Source: a virus (taxonomy: Duplodnaviria; Caudoviricetes). Taken from it: a stretch of DNA of 61,915 nt. The notes under the pieces were generated by a model. The model worked only from the letters and a program-made list of their open reading frames with translations. It ran no database searches and was not told the origin of the DNA. The translations under genes were made by a program, and so were the position numbers. The stretch's first letter is position 1. Every line of letters begins with the position of its first letter. Shown in pieces: positions 18,031 through 28,833 of the stretch. The stretch spans positions 1 to 61,915 of the IMG/VR virus record IMGVR_UViG_3300030397_000458; one strand, given 5' to 3'.

Positions 18031-21000
18031 ATGGCGGCAATCACACTCGCAGAAACAAACCCAGCACAGTCGTACTTCGCACGGACAATCACACAGCACA
18101 AATATGCTCACACCAAGCAGGGAGGTAACAAAGAATCATGGGAAGAGATCGCAAGCAGGGTAGCTCACAGTGTCATGGATCACTATACACACTCAAGAAA
18201 CACAAACCACGTAGAGAGCTTGATCAAGGACAGGAAGCTGATGCCTGGAGGTAGATACCTCTATGCGTCAGGAAGGAAGTATCACCAGATCAACAACTGC
18301 CTGGGTGGTGAAGAGAAGATCATCACAATCAGAGGAGTCAGAACGCTGAAGGAGCTGGCTGAAGATGGCAAGAGATTTATGGTCTTGAACCGTTTCGGTG
18401 TGTGGAATCACGCAACAGCAGGCTGCTTTGGAAAGCAGAAGCTATGGAGAATAAAGCTCAGTAATGGAGATGTAATCAGGGCCACAGCAGCTCACAGATG
18501 GTGGCAAGCAGACGGGACGCGAGTCACAACGGAAGAAGTAAAGAAGATCCCTCTATGTGAAATGACTGTGCCAGGTGTATACTTAGACGAAGAAGGAATA
18601 AAGCACGGTATATGTTACGGAGACGGGACAACACAAAGACACACGAAGACTGACAGACTGGTGCTCGCGCAGCACAAAGAAGAACTGTCTTCATACTTCG
18701 ATGAAAGCAGACAGTTAAAACAAGGGTTGACTATCTCAAAGCTACCCAAAAAATACAAGTCACTACCTGATGATCGAGTATGTAGCGTTGAGTATGCGAG
18801 AGGCTTCATCGCGGGACTGATAGCAACAGATGGATCGACAAAGACATCAATGATCACTATCTCTCTTTCAGGAGAAAAGGAAGAAGCCGAGCAAGTACGC
18901 AGGCTAGCTGTGCTGGGAGGTTGTGTCGTCAACGGGATATGGAAAGATAAGTCAGAAGAGACGAACTACGGTAAACGGTCTACTCCTCTCTACATTATCA
19001 GCATCAAGCCATTCTCAGCACCTCTGATCCGCAGCGACCAAATTCAAGATGTTCATTCAAAAGAGCTACGCAAAACAAAAATGTATCTGACTGTCGAGAA
19101 CATCACAGAAGAGGAGACAGAGGAAGATGTCTACTGCTGTGTTGTGCCTGGAAGCGAATCGTTTACTCTCGCGAATGGTCTTATCACTTCAAATTGCTTT
19201 TTGTTCCGCGCTGACGACTCGCGAGAAGGCTGGGCAAAGATCATGCACGACACGACGAACGCTCTCATGACAGGTGGTGGCGTTGGTGTAGTGTACTCAG
19301 ATATCAGAGGATCAGAGACTCTTGTAGAAGGAATGGGAGGAACATGCTCAGGACCACTGGCATTAATGCGTATGGTGAATGAAGCAGGACGCGAGATCAT
19401 GCAAGGAGGAAGTAGGCGAGCAGCAATCTGGGCAGGTCTGAGATGGGATCACCCAGACATAAAAAACTTCGTCTATATGAAAGACTGGCCCCTTGATCTG
19501 CAAGAGATGAGAACGAAGAATTTCAACTTTCCCTGTCCGATGGATGGCACAAATATCAGTGTAATACTGGATACACAGTTCTTCAAAGCGTACCGCGACA
19601 AGTCACACGAGAAGCATAAGCTCGCACAAAAGGTATACTGGTCTACTGTCCGGCAAATGCTCAAGACAGGAGAACCGGGCTTCAGCGTAGATATCGGAGA
19701 AAATGAGGGTGAGAACAACAGAAATGCTCCTGTACATGGAGACACAAGAGTCCTAACTATACAAGGATATCGTCGCGCTTACGAGCTGACAGAAGGGAGT
19801 CATACAGTCTGGACTGGTAACCAATGGGCACACAATATCACATTCAAACGCACTGCTGAGAATACAAAAACAGTGCGAGTCAAGATGACAGGTGGTAGAG
19901 AGATTGTATGTGATCCATCGCATCCATTCATCGTACAGCGATTCAGTGGGAAGGGATCACACAGAAAATTGGACAGTGAAGAACGTATACCAGCCGGACA
20001 ATTAGAAGAAGGCGACACAATCAGAGTCTCGCTTCCTGTCTCGTCAGGATCACAGCAAATCCAGTCAGATCAGGCTTATACAATGGGCTTCATTTGGGGG
20101 GACGGGAGCCTGGTAGGAAAGAGTAGAGCAGAAGTAGCTATCTGCCATGAATCGAAAAAACCGTGCGCAGAGAGATTCGCCGGGATTTCCTCAAAGACAG
20201 TAGACTCAAGAGGTTACGACAGATATTATTTCAACCAGAACCCTCTCTACTTCAATCAGTCCAAAGAGCGAATACCAGACGTTCTCAAAACAAATCGCTA
20301 CGAATGGGTAGCAGAATTCCTCGCAGGACTGTTCGACGCGGATGGGAATGTAGACCAGGCACAGCACAGAATCCGACTCTCTTCGTCCAAGCTCCTCTTT
20401 CTCCAAGAATGCCAGCGACTGCTTGAAACACTCGGAGTCTTATCTTCCATCAATAAAGGATCGGCATCAGGTTACACTGGTAATCCAACATGGATGCTCG
20501 TTGTGTCAGCATCGTATGTTAAACAATTCCTGAACGTGGTTCCCACCGTTCGGCTTAAGATGAAAACAGACGACTGGGAGCCGTACAGAGAGTCAACTAT
20601 CAAAGTCATTTCTGTCACACCAGATCAAGACGCAGATGTCTACTGTTGTGACGTAAAGGTAGACGAGCATACGTTTTGCGCTGAGGGAGTTATCATTTCA
20701 AACTGCTGCGAAGTAACTTCCCGGTTCAATGGTGATATGTGTAATCTGTCGAGCTTAAATCTTGCCAGGTACGCGACAATTGAGGAATTCTCTGAAGCTG
20801 TACGCATGGGAACGCTACTCTTGCTGTGTGGAACAATGTACAGCAAGCTTCCAATAGAGTATATGTACGGAGTGAGAGAGAAGACAAGAAGACTCGGACT
20901 GGGATTGATGGGCGTGCATGAATGGTTATTAAGACGTGGTTACAAGTATGAGGCAGGTAATGAAGAGCTGGCTTTATGGATGGACGAATACAAGAAGTCA

Positions 21001-21573
21001 ACACAGCACGCGATAGACTGGGCTGACAGTATGGGGATCAGCCGACCTGTAGCCACGAGGAGCATTGCGCCAACAGGAACGATATCAATCGTAGCTGAGA
21101 CAACATCAGGGATTGAGCCAATTTTCGCAGTCGCGTACAAGAGACGATACCTCAAAAAGAATGACTGGTACTATCAGCATGTGATAGACGCGACTGCGCA
21201 ACGTCTTATACAGTCGGGAGTTAATCCAGATCTGATTGAAGATTCGTACACTCTGAGTGAGGACGTGGAAAGGCGAATCAAGTTTCAGAGATGGATGCAA
21301 GAGCGAGTGGACCACGGTATTTCGAGCACTATCAACTTACCGAAATGGGGCAGCACACTCAACAGCGAGCATACAGTCAAATCATTTGGTGAGAAGCTAT
21401 TACAAGACTTGCCGGGACTGAGAGGGATGACGACATACCCTGATGGCGCACGTCCTGGACAGCCAATAGTACCAATGAGATACACAGAAGCTGTGAAGCA
21501 TATATCGAGAGGAGAAGTGGAAGTAAAGGAAACAGGTGACGAGTCGTGCAAAGGTGGCTTTTGTAATTCCTGA
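18031..21573 (+). CDS. nrdJ: Class II (adenosylcobalamin) ribonucleotide reductase with two inteins
   Basis: PGGRYL, GGGVG, QGGSRR.A, CNL, LGLG.MG, IAPTGTIS, SGIEP, ISSTINLP; no beta subunit in window. Confidence 0.9.
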   Translation: MAAITLAETNPAQSYFARTITQHKYAHTKQGGNKESWEEIASRVAHSVMDHYTHSRNTNHVESLIKDRKLMPGGRYLYASGRKYHQINNCLGGEEKIITIRGVRTLKELAEDGKRFMVLNRFGVWNHATAGCFGKQKLWRIKLSNGDVIRATAAHRWWQADGTRVTTEEVKKIPLCEMTVPGVYLDEEGIKHGICYGDGTTQRHTKTDRLVLAQHKEELSSYFDESRQLKQGLTISKLPKKYKSLPDDRVCSVEYARGFIAGLIATDGSTKTSMITISLSGEKEEAEQVRRLAVLGGCVVNGIWKDKSEETNYGKRSTPLYIISIKPFSAPLIRSDQIQDVHSKELRKTKMYLTVENITEEETEEDVYCCVVPGSESFTLANGLITSNCFLFRADDSREGWAKIMHDTTNALMTGGGVGVVYSDIRGSETLVEGMGGTCSGPLALMRMVNEAGREIMQGGSRRAAIWAGLRWDHPDIKNFVYMKDWPLDLQEMRTKNFNFPCPMDGTNISVILDTQFFKAYRDKSHEKHKLAQKVYWSTVRQMLKTGEPGFSVDIGENEGENNRNAPVHGDTRVLTIQGYRRAYELTEGSHTVWTGNQWAHNITFKRTAENTKTVRVKMTGGREIVCDPSHPFIVQRFSGKGSHRKLDSEERIPAGQLEEGDTIRVSLPVSSGSQQIQSDQAYTMGFIWGDGSLVGKSRAEVAICHESKKPCAERFAGISSKTVDSRGYDRYYFNQNPLYFNQSKERIPDVLKTNRYEWVAEFLAGLFDADGNVDQAQHRIRLSSSKLLFLQECQRLLETLGVLSSINKGSASGYTGNPTWMLVVSASYVKQFLNVVPTVRLKMKTDDWEPYRESTIKVISVTPDQDADVYCCDVKVDEHTFCAEGVIISNCCEVTSRFNGDMCNLSSLNLARYATIEEFSEAVRMGTLLLLCGTMYSKLPIEYMYGVREKTRRLGLGLMGVHEWLLRRGYKYEAGNEELALWMDEYKKSTQHAIDWADSMGISRPVATRSIAPTGTISIVAETTSGIEPIFAVAYKRRYLKKNDWYYQHVIDATAQRLIQSGVNPDLIEDSYTLSEDVERRIKFQRWMQERVDHGISSTINLPKWGSTLNSEHTVKSFGEKLLQDLPGLRGMTTYPDGARPGQPIVPMRYTEAVKHISRGEVEVKETGDESCKGGFCNS
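18298..19194 (+). mobile_element. Intein 1 with LAGLIDADG homing endonuclease
   Basis: NN|CLGGEE...ATAAHRW...FIAGLIATDG...VYC...NGLITSN|C. Confidence 0.9.
19729..20703 (+). mobile_element. Intein 2 (Pro1, non-canonical) with LAGLIDADG homing endonuclease
   Basis: RNA|PVHGDTRV...GFIWGDG...FLAGLFDADG...VYC...HTFCAEGVIISN|CCE. Confidence 0.88.
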
Positions 21574-21769
21574 AAAGAGAGTATATCAGAGAGAGCAGAG
21601 TAAGGTAAAAACGGATTGTTGGACGCGATCAACAGAGCAGAGTCACGAAAGAAAGCACGGACGCGAAAAGAGGATGGTCTAAAGGGGAGCTGTCTTTCTT
21701 TGGGAAGAGGAACAGAGAAGAGGTGTCTTTTGTACAGTAATACATATACTATTCTTTCAGGAAACTAAG

Positions 21770-23443
21770 ATGGTACAACGCAGATCTGAATCCAAAAATG
21801 GACCAGCGAGCAAGCAAAAAGCACGGAATTTGAATCCAAAAACAGTATCTAACGCTGATAAACAGGAGAATGGAGGGAAGAGAAGTAGTCAAGACGTGCA
21901 GAGATACGTCGCGAATGTGCAACGACAAACGGATCTGCTCAACAATCTGTGTGAGACGATTGAGAACCAGGCACAGAATGCGTTGATGCGAAGGCGAGAA
22001 TCTTACTCGGGTTTGATCGATCCCAGGAAAAATATTGACGATGAATGTGGCTACCCTCCGATACAGTCGCCGGTGAATGAGGAGCTGTATCAGCAACTGT
22101 ACGACAGAATGGGGATTGCAACGAGAGTGATTGAGCTGTTTGCTGATGAGTCATGGCGCGTTCAGCCATCTGTGTACGAATCAGAGGATGAAGACGTTAC
22201 ACAGTTCGAGATGGCTTTCAACAAAATAACGAGCAATTTGCAGGGGATGGACTCAGTATTTGAGGAGGAAGAGAATAACGCGATTTGGAGCTATTTGCAT
22301 AGAGCTGATGTGCAGTCAGGGATAGGGCAATACGGGGCTCTGTTGATGGGGATTGATGACGGTTTGGAGCTGAGTCAACCTGCTGTGATGAGTCGCAACA
22401 AAGTCACTACTGATCAACCGCCATCGTCAAAAAAAGGTAGGAGAGAAGCAGGCATTACTCAACAGAGAGAGCTTATTTACTTGCGCACGTTGCCTCATTC
22501 ACTGGTCAGAATCAACACGTTTGAGACGGATAGGAACAACCCCAGATACTCGCTTCCGACGACGTACAGGGTATCTTTTGAGGAGAGCAGAAGCCGTGAA
22601 GCTAGCGTAATGGGAGAGAATTTCAGGACAGAGGATGTGCACTGGTCGAGGATCATTCATATTACAGACAACATCACGAGCAATGAAGTCTACGGTGTGC
22701 CGAGACTCAAACCAGTGCTCAATTGGATTCTTGACCTCTATAAGACATACGCAGCAAGTGCAGAGGGATACTGGAATCAGGCATTCCCAGGGTTAGCACT
22801 TGAGACTATTCCAGCCTTGGGTGGTGACGTTGAAGTAGACGAGAGTGACCTGAAAGACCAGATGGAGAATTACTCGACTTCACTTCAGAGATTTTTGATA
22901 CTGTCAGGCATCACAGCAAAGACTATTTCGCCAGTCGTGAGTGATGCAACAGGTGAAATCATGGCAAAGCTCCAAGCAATAGCGATCAGGCTAGGTGTGC
23001 CAATGCGTATTCTGATGGGTAGTGAAAGAGGAGAGCTGAGCTCAGGACAAGATGCAAGTGCATGGGATGACAGAGTGAATCATCGGAGGAAATTCCAGGT
23101 CTCAACTCACATCATCAAGCCTTTTGTAGATAGGAGTATCCAGCTAGGTGTGCTACCACGACCAGCAAAAGCAGTATGTAAATGGCCAGATCTGAAAGAG
23201 GACAGCAAGCAGGATAAGGCTACAATAGCTGAGAGTGTGACTCGCTCGCTCTCGCAGTACGTGACTTCCGACATTGAGTCAATCATGCCTGTTGGAACGT
23301 ATTTGACGAAGATCCAGGGAATGGATCAGACAGAAGTAGATGCGATAATGGAAGACCTGGAGGAGGACAGACGCGAGCAGGACAAGCTCGAATCAAGTCT
23401 ATCTCTTGACGATGGGATTGAAGATGTCAATGAAAAAATCTAA
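21770..23443 (+). CDS. Portal protein (DUF1073-like)
   Basis: YDRMGIA.R.I, VHWSRIIH, YGVPRL, IP.RILMGSERG.L.S.QD pattern; position. Confidence 0.85.
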   Translation: MVQRRSESKNGPASKQKARNLNPKTVSNADKQENGGKRSSQDVQRYVANVQRQTDLLNNLCETIENQAQNALMRRRESYSGLIDPRKNIDDECGYPPIQSPVNEELYQQLYDRMGIATRVIELFADESWRVQPSVYESEDEDVTQFEMAFNKITSNLQGMDSVFEEEENNAIWSYLHRADVQSGIGQYGALLMGIDDGLELSQPAVMSRNKVTTDQPPSSKKGRREAGITQQRELIYLRTLPHSLVRINTFETDRNNPRYSLPTTYRVSFEESRSREASVMGENFRTEDVHWSRIIHITDNITSNEVYGVPRLKPVLNWILDLYKTYAASAEGYWNQAFPGLALETIPALGGDVEVDESDLKDQMENYSTSLQRFLILSGITAKTISPVVSDATGEIMAKLQAIAIRLGVPMRILMGSERGELSSGQDASAWDDRVNHRRKFQVSTHIIKPFVDRSIQLGVLPRPAKAVCKWPDLKEDSKQDKATIAESVTRSLSQYVTSDIESIMPVGTYLTKIQGMDQTEVDAIMEDLEEDRREQDKLESSLSLDDGIEDVNEKI

Positions 23444-24584
23444 ACAAAAAGTCAGAGTCAAGAGGCGATTCGATCCGTCACGCACAACGACACTGCGCCG
23501 ACAAATTGAGACTGAAGTAAGCAAGCGGTTCACTACTCTGCTCAAGTCTATTATATCTCTGGTAGTTGAAGATGATGCGTTTGGGTTGAGAGCGGACAAG
23601 TCAGAGAAGAGTAAGGTATCAAATTTGGATTCAAATTCAGAGATGATACTCAACACACGATGGCGATTTGAGAGCAGCGCAGCACAGTTGAGACTGTTTG
23701 AAGAATGGCTGAGATCACAGTCAACAGCAGTATCAAGAGACACAGATGCTGCATATAGACTGTTTCTCAGGAAAGGATTTGATAAGGGCGCGGGACGTGC
23801 ATTCACGGATACTCAGAGAGCAAGGAGACTGGCACAAGAAGGAGCTGATGATGCTATAGCAAGAGAGCAATTCCTTCGTTCTGCATTCGCACAACCTGTA
23901 GCGAAAGAAAAGGTCCAATTAGTCGCAAGCAGACTGTACTCACAGCTCAACGGTATTACACACGCAATGGGAGTGAGGATGGGACAGGTGCTGGCTGATG
24001 GACTGGTAACAGGATCGGGTCCAAAAGAGATAGCACGTAGCCTGGCGAGACACGTAGGGATTTCAAGGAACAGGGCAAAAGCTATAGCTCGCACAGAGAT
24101 ACTGAGGGCGCACAACGAAGGGCAGTTGATCGCGCTTGAAAGGCTAGGTGTCAAGAGTGTAGGTGTGATGGTCGAGATCAAAACAGTAGGTGATGAGAGA
24201 GTGTGTCAGTTATGCCTACCTCTTGAGGGAGTCGTGCTCAAGCTGAAAGAAGCAAAGGGAATACTCCCCAGACATATAAACTGCAGGTGTGTGTGGATTC
24301 CTGCAAACGTAGGCGAGTCACGCAAAAAGCAGACAAGAGGACAGAAGAAGATACAAGCATCATTTGATAAGAGTATCAGAGCTGAGAGAAGACAAGCAGA
24401 CAGAGTCGCAGTAGACAAGACGGACAGGAGCAAGCCTGACACGTCATGGATGGGAGCAGATACGAAGATTGATCCTATTCGTCCTGAGTCAGTTGTAGGG
24501 AACAAGACTTACGCGAGCAGAAGCAACGACGGTGACCCGTTAGTTGAGTTCAGCCGATTACTGAAATCTCTAGCTCAGAGATAG
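23430..24584 (+). CDS. Minor head protein (SPP1 gp7 / Mu F-like)
   Basis: DPSRTT.LR, RA..IARTE, D.RVC..C and P.H.NCRC motifs. Confidence 0.88.
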   Translation: MKKSKQKVRVKRRFDPSRTTTLRRQIETEVSKRFTTLLKSIISLVVEDDAFGLRADKSEKSKVSNLDSNSEMILNTRWRFESSAAQLRLFEEWLRSQSTAVSRDTDAAYRLFLRKGFDKGAGRAFTDTQRARRLAQEGADDAIAREQFLRSAFAQPVAKEKVQLVASRLYSQLNGITHAMGVRMGQVLADGLVTGSGPKEIARSLARHVGISRNRAKAIARTEILRAHNEGQLIALERLGVKSVGVMVEIKTVGDERVCQLCLPLEGVVLKLKEAKGILPRHINCRCVWIPANVGESRKKQTRGQKKIQASFDKSIRAERRQADRVAVDKTDRSKPDTSWMGADTKIDPIRPESVVGNKTYASRSNDGDPLVEFSRLLKSLAQR

Positions 24585-24614
24585 TTATAAGCACGAAAAA
24601 GAAAGAGTAACAAA

Positions 24615-24899
24615 ATGTCTCTCAAACAGCTCCAGTTAGATATTGATACTTTCACGCCAACACAACAGAGGATGCTCGACGTGCTGCATGACGGAATGCC
24701 TCATTCTGTAGACGAGCTCAAAGCATGCTTGCCTGGTGGAACAGGGAGGCACAGGCAGGTGATAGCCAACGTGTCAGTGCTGAGAAAAAGACTGGAATCA
24801 GAGGATAAGCATATATTACTTTTGTCAGTCTTCCATAACAGAAAACTGCACTACAGACTGGTACGAAAGTTAGCCAATCCGTATAACGGTAGGAGCTGA
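24615..24899 (+). CDS. Small HTH protein
   Basis: FTPTQQRML.VL.DG.PH...EL and VS.LRKRL pattern. Confidence 0.6.
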   Translation: MSLKQLQLDIDTFTPTQQRMLDVLHDGMPHSVDELKACLPGGTGRHRQVIANVSVLRKRLESEDKHILLLSVFHNRKLHYRLVRKLANPYNGRS

Positions 24900-25081
24900 A
24901 AGAGACAAAAGCACATAGATAAAAGCACAGAGACACAAACGCCCGCACTTCACAGAATCTAAATCCAAATTCAACACCAAATCCGCACATCATCTACCTA
25001 GCAGGTATTATTTAACGCATCATTACGATATACTCTCTTTCAGGAGTTGAACTGTAATGCGGGATTGCTTACACTGATTGT

Positions 25082-26608
25082 ATGGAAACACTAATTTCAA
25101 ATATTGGTAAGCCATCAAGACGTTGGCTCAAAGGGCGCGAATACATCGTTGCTCCTGTCACTATGTTGGTTGAAGGTGTTTTGAATGGGTCAAAGGGTCC
25201 GCTCTTCTACCCGATGGAAGAGATCTCTATGAATCCATCGCTCTGGAATCATATGCCGATCACTGTCAATCATCCAATCCCGACGAATGGCGCGAGCAAG
25301 TCAGCAAGAGACCCCGAGATACTCAACAATCAAGCAATCGGGTTGATCCTCAAATCACATATCGAAGGTAACAAGCTCAGAGGTGAAGCATGGATTGACG
25401 TGCTTGACGCTGAGAGAGTAGATAACAGGATTATTCTCGCTCTCGAGAAAGGGGAGAGTCTCGAAGTCAGCACAGGCTTATTTACGCAAAACGAGAAGGC
25501 ACAGGAAGGCGCGACATTCAACGGCAAATCTTATGCTTTCATTGCAAGAGGCTATCAGCCAGACCATCTTGCAATCCTCCTCGATGAAGCAGGTGCGTGT
25601 AGTGTCAAGGATGGCTGTGGCGTGAATAACTCAAATTTGAATCCAGATTCAAGCACACAGACACACAATGAGCTATCCCACAGTGATTTAAATCGCAGTC
25701 TCGAAAAGCAGGTAGACGAACGATTCGGGAGCCAGCTACTCGATTCGCGACTACATGACATGACTTTTATTCTCGACATCTTCGATAAGACAGTCATATT
25801 CAAGAGCAAAGGCAAAACATGGGAGCTCGGATACACAAAGAGCAACAGAAAGAACGAAGCAATTCTATCAAGCGATAGTCCGCGTGAGGTTACAAGGGTA
25901 ACGACTTTCAAGCCAGTCAAGAACGAGTCATCGACACCAACAACCACAAATGGAGATACAAAAGATATGAGCAAACAAGAAATTATAACTTACCTGGTAA
26001 GCAACTGCGACTGCTGGAAAGGGCAAGAAGAGACACTCAATCAGCTCTCTGATGAACGGTTGACGTATCTCAAAGAACATGCAGAGAAGCAAGCACAACA
26101 TGAAGCTGTAGCCAATGCAGCGCGTGAGGGATACGAAACAATTCACGGTAAGAAGCCGACTGACGCAGATCTTGCTGAGTTTCTGAAAAAGAAGACTGAG
26201 AATCCCGCGCCACAACAAACCAAGTCACAACAGACTACAAACAAAGAGACCTCACAACCAGCACAACAAGACAAGTTACCTGCTGTTGACTTGAAACAGT
26301 GGCTCGAAAGTATGCCTGCTGAAGCTCGCAGTGTGTGGAATAACGCTGTGAGAATCGAGCAACAAGAGAGAGATTCACTCATTACATCTATCACGGAGAA
26401 TGCTGAGAATCCATTCAGCAAAGAGCAGCTTCAACAGATGGACCTGGGCTTGCTCCGCGACTTGTCGAAACTGGCAGGGAGGAAGGAAGACGAGAAAGCA
26501 CTGCTCCCACCAGTCTACGGAGGTCAGGGATCAGTCCAGAACAGGAGCAGCAGTGAAGAGGATATTCTTCCTCTTCCTTCTATGGATCTCTCAGAAGCAG
26601 TGAGCTAA
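25082..26608 (+). CDS. Capsid maturation protease / scaffold (DUF2213-like)
   Basis: P.TVNHP, EVSTG, PDHLAIL...GACS..DGCG motifs. Confidence 0.82.
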   Translation: METLISNIGKPSRRWLKGREYIVAPVTMLVEGVLNGSKGPLFYPMEEISMNPSLWNHMPITVNHPIPTNGASKSARDPEILNNQAIGLILKSHIEGNKLRGEAWIDVLDAERVDNRIILALEKGESLEVSTGLFTQNEKAQEGATFNGKSYAFIARGYQPDHLAILLDEAGACSVKDGCGVNNSNLNPDSSTQTHNELSHSDLNRSLEKQVDERFGSQLLDSRLHDMTFILDIFDKTVIFKSKGKTWELGYTKSNRKNEAILSSDSPREVTRVTTFKPVKNESSTPTTTNGDTKDMSKQEIITYLVSNCDCWKGQEETLNQLSDERLTYLKEHAEKQAQHEAVANAAREGYETIHGKKPTDADLAEFLKKKTENPAPQQTKSQQTTNKETSQPAQQDKLPAVDLKQWLESMPAEARSVWNNAVRIEQQERDSLITSITENAENPFSKEQLQQMDLGLLRDLSKLAGRKEDEKALLPPVYGGQGSVQNRSSSEEDILPLPSMDLSEAVS

Positions 26609-26690
26609 GCCACTAACAGCAACACAAGACAACTACACGACACAAGACAAATTATACAACAGATACTCAATCTCAAAGGAGTAAAACAGT

Positions 26691-27167
26691 ATGGCGCTAG
26701 GGAACGAAATTGCATTAATCTGCAATGGTCGCAAGTTTGAAGCCATTATTTCAGGCACTGATAAGCCTGGAACTGTGATGCAGATCCAGGCTGGCACGGC
26801 GGCAGTCAACGGGAAATTCACTGTCGAAGCATATAATCGTGATGCCGATGGGAACCGCCCACAAGGTCCGCTGATCGTGCTCGACAATGACCACCATCAA
26901 GGCAAGACAAACGACGATGCTTATGTGACAGGAACAATCTGCCAGTGCATCATCCCCGCGATTGGTGACGAGCTGAACATGAGATTTCTTGACATCTCAG
27001 GAACAGGGGATGACTGGGCTATCGGTGATTTAGCTATCGTGAATGATGGCGATGGCAAGCTGATTGCAACAGCTGGCACACCTGAAAGCGAGCCATTTAT
27101 GGTCATGGAAGCAGCAACTGATCCAACAGCCGACCATCTGATGAGGTGCATTTACACAGGCTATTAA
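26691..27167 (+). CDS. Head decoration protein
   Basis: Position between protease and MCP; size; RBS AAGGAG. Confidence 0.6.
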   Translation: MALGNEIALICNGRKFEAIISGTDKPGTVMQIQAGTAAVNGKFTVEAYNRDADGNRPQGPLIVLDNDHHQGKTNDDAYVTGTICQCIIPAIGDELNMRFLDISGTGDDWAIGDLAIVNDGDGKLIATAGTPESEPFMVMEAATDPTADHLMRCIYTGY

Positions 27168-27256
27168 CAGACTTTTGAGCTACTACTCTCTTTCAGGAGA
27201 AGTGGGCGGGTTGCCGAATTTGAATCCAAATACGAAACAAGACAAAGGAGAACATA

Positions 27257-28438
27257 TTGTTCGCAAATACTGATTTCATTATGAATGGCAACGCTCACGG
27301 AGAAGTTGCTGAGAGACTGGGGAGCATTGATTTTGACCCTGGTTTGCTTCGTCCTTATTTCGATGAGCACGGAGAAAGGTGCGTCACTCTCAACACAGGG
27401 AGAGTCAAGAGAGACGATCAAGGAAGAATGAGCCCAATCTTCCATAAATTCTATGTCAGCGACCTGATGCACAGAGGAGTGTCAACTCCTGTGCTCAATG
27501 CCACGATGCTACGCAAAGACGACTGGCTGGAGATGGATCGAGTAGTCCTCCGAGCAGCTCGTCAACGACTGAGAGCATGGTCTGATCTATCAGCAAGGAA
27601 CAGTTTTGGCGGATTCAACGGAATGGCCAAAATGATTCTTGAGCACGAGACCATGAGTGATCCTGGTCAAGCTGTTGTCGATATGGACGCACTGACTGAG
27701 AGCACAACAGATGCGCCAAAATTCCAGCTCGAAGGTCTGCCTCTCCCGATCACTCACTCTGACTTTCATTTCAGTGAGAGACGGTTGAGAGTATCGAGGA
27801 ATTCAGGCACACCATTGGATCTGACACAAGCAGAAGCTGCTGGCAGACGAGTAGGCGAGCTGATTGAAAAGACGCTGATCGGCACGCAGACAGGAGTGAC
27901 TTACGGAGGTAACTCTACACTGGTCGGTGGATACTCCAACGCGTCGAAAGTATGGGGTTACACAAACTTTACTGATCGACTTACTTATACGAGCTTGACG
28001 ACTCCAACAGGGACGAATCCGAATTCGACGGTCAACGATGTGCTAGCCATGAGGGAGCTGCTTTACGACGACTTCTTCTATGGACCGTTCATGATCTACC
28101 ACTCTACGGACTGGGATCAATATCTGGATAATGATTACTACGTGACAAGCACAGGTGCGCCATACCAGACACTGCGAGATAGACTTAGGACTATCGAAGG
28201 TATCGAGGACGTGCGACGGTTGGATTTCCTTACAGCAAGCACGAATCCGTACACGATGATCATGGTCCAAATGACTCCAGACGTTGCGCGAGCCGTGAAC
28301 GGTATGAATATCACGACTGTGCAATGGGAGTCGATGGGAGGTCTCAGGCAGAATTTCAAAGTCATGGCTATTCAAGTGCCTCAATTGAGGAGTGAATTTT
28401 CTGGAAAGTGTGGACTGTTGCACGCGACAACGAGCTAA
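27257..28438 (+). CDS. Major capsid protein (HK97 fold, encapsulin-like family)
   Basis: PLPITHSDF...R.L..SR..G.PLD...A..AGR.V.E..E, YGPF..Y, FKVMAI.VP motifs; TTG start with AAGGAG. Confidence 0.85.
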   Translation: MFANTDFIMNGNAHGEVAERLGSIDFDPGLLRPYFDEHGERCVTLNTGRVKRDDQGRMSPIFHKFYVSDLMHRGVSTPVLNATMLRKDDWLEMDRVVLRAARQRLRAWSDLSARNSFGGFNGMAKMILEHETMSDPGQAVVDMDALTESTTDAPKFQLEGLPLPITHSDFHFSERRLRVSRNSGTPLDLTQAEAAGRRVGELIEKTLIGTQTGVTYGGNSTLVGGYSNASKVWGYTNFTDRLTYTSLTTPTGTNPNSTVNDVLAMRELLYDDFFYGPFMIYHSTDWDQYLDNDYYVTSTGAPYQTLRDRLRTIEGIEDVRRLDFLTASTNPYTMIMVQMTPDVARAVNGMNITTVQWESMGGLRQNFKVMAIQVPQLRSEFSGKCGLLHATTS

Positions 28439-28476
28439 CTTTTCAAGCTCACTCACTCTACTAATTGTGGTGTTTT

Positions 28477-28833
28477 ATGGCTTTCGCAGAGTTCTCCTCT
28501 CTGATCCCTGAATGGGTCTCTCTAATCTCGCAAGTAGGTGTCGGCTCAATAGCTATTGTGCTCTGCTGGTATCTCATCAGCAAGTACATCCCCGCGACGG
28601 AGCGAAGACACGCTGATGAGAGACGGGAAGAGAGGATAGCTTTTTTCCAGCACTTGCAATTGAGAGACAAACAAGCAGAGGATCAGGTAATACGACTGGA
28701 AAAAGTTATCAAGGATAACAGTGAGGCAATTGTGGCAATGCGCATCGATTCAACGATACTGAGGGAGCTGATCGAGCAGTTACAAAGTCTCAACAGCACA
28801 AAGAATCTATCTAAAAAAGACGAGAGCAAATGA
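28477..28833 (+). CDS. Holin-like membrane protein
   Basis: Single TM segment followed by coiled coil. Confidence 0.5.
   Translation: MAFAEFSSLIPEWVSLISQVGVGSIAIVLCWYLISKYIPATERRHADERREERIAFFQHLQLRDKQAEDQVIRLEKVIKDNSEAIVAMRIDSTILRELIEQLQSLNSTKNLSKKDESK

Noticed and set aside
21770-23443. Anti-CBASS Acb1 annotation sometimes attached to this family
   Set aside because: Size and position before the minor head protein indicate a portal
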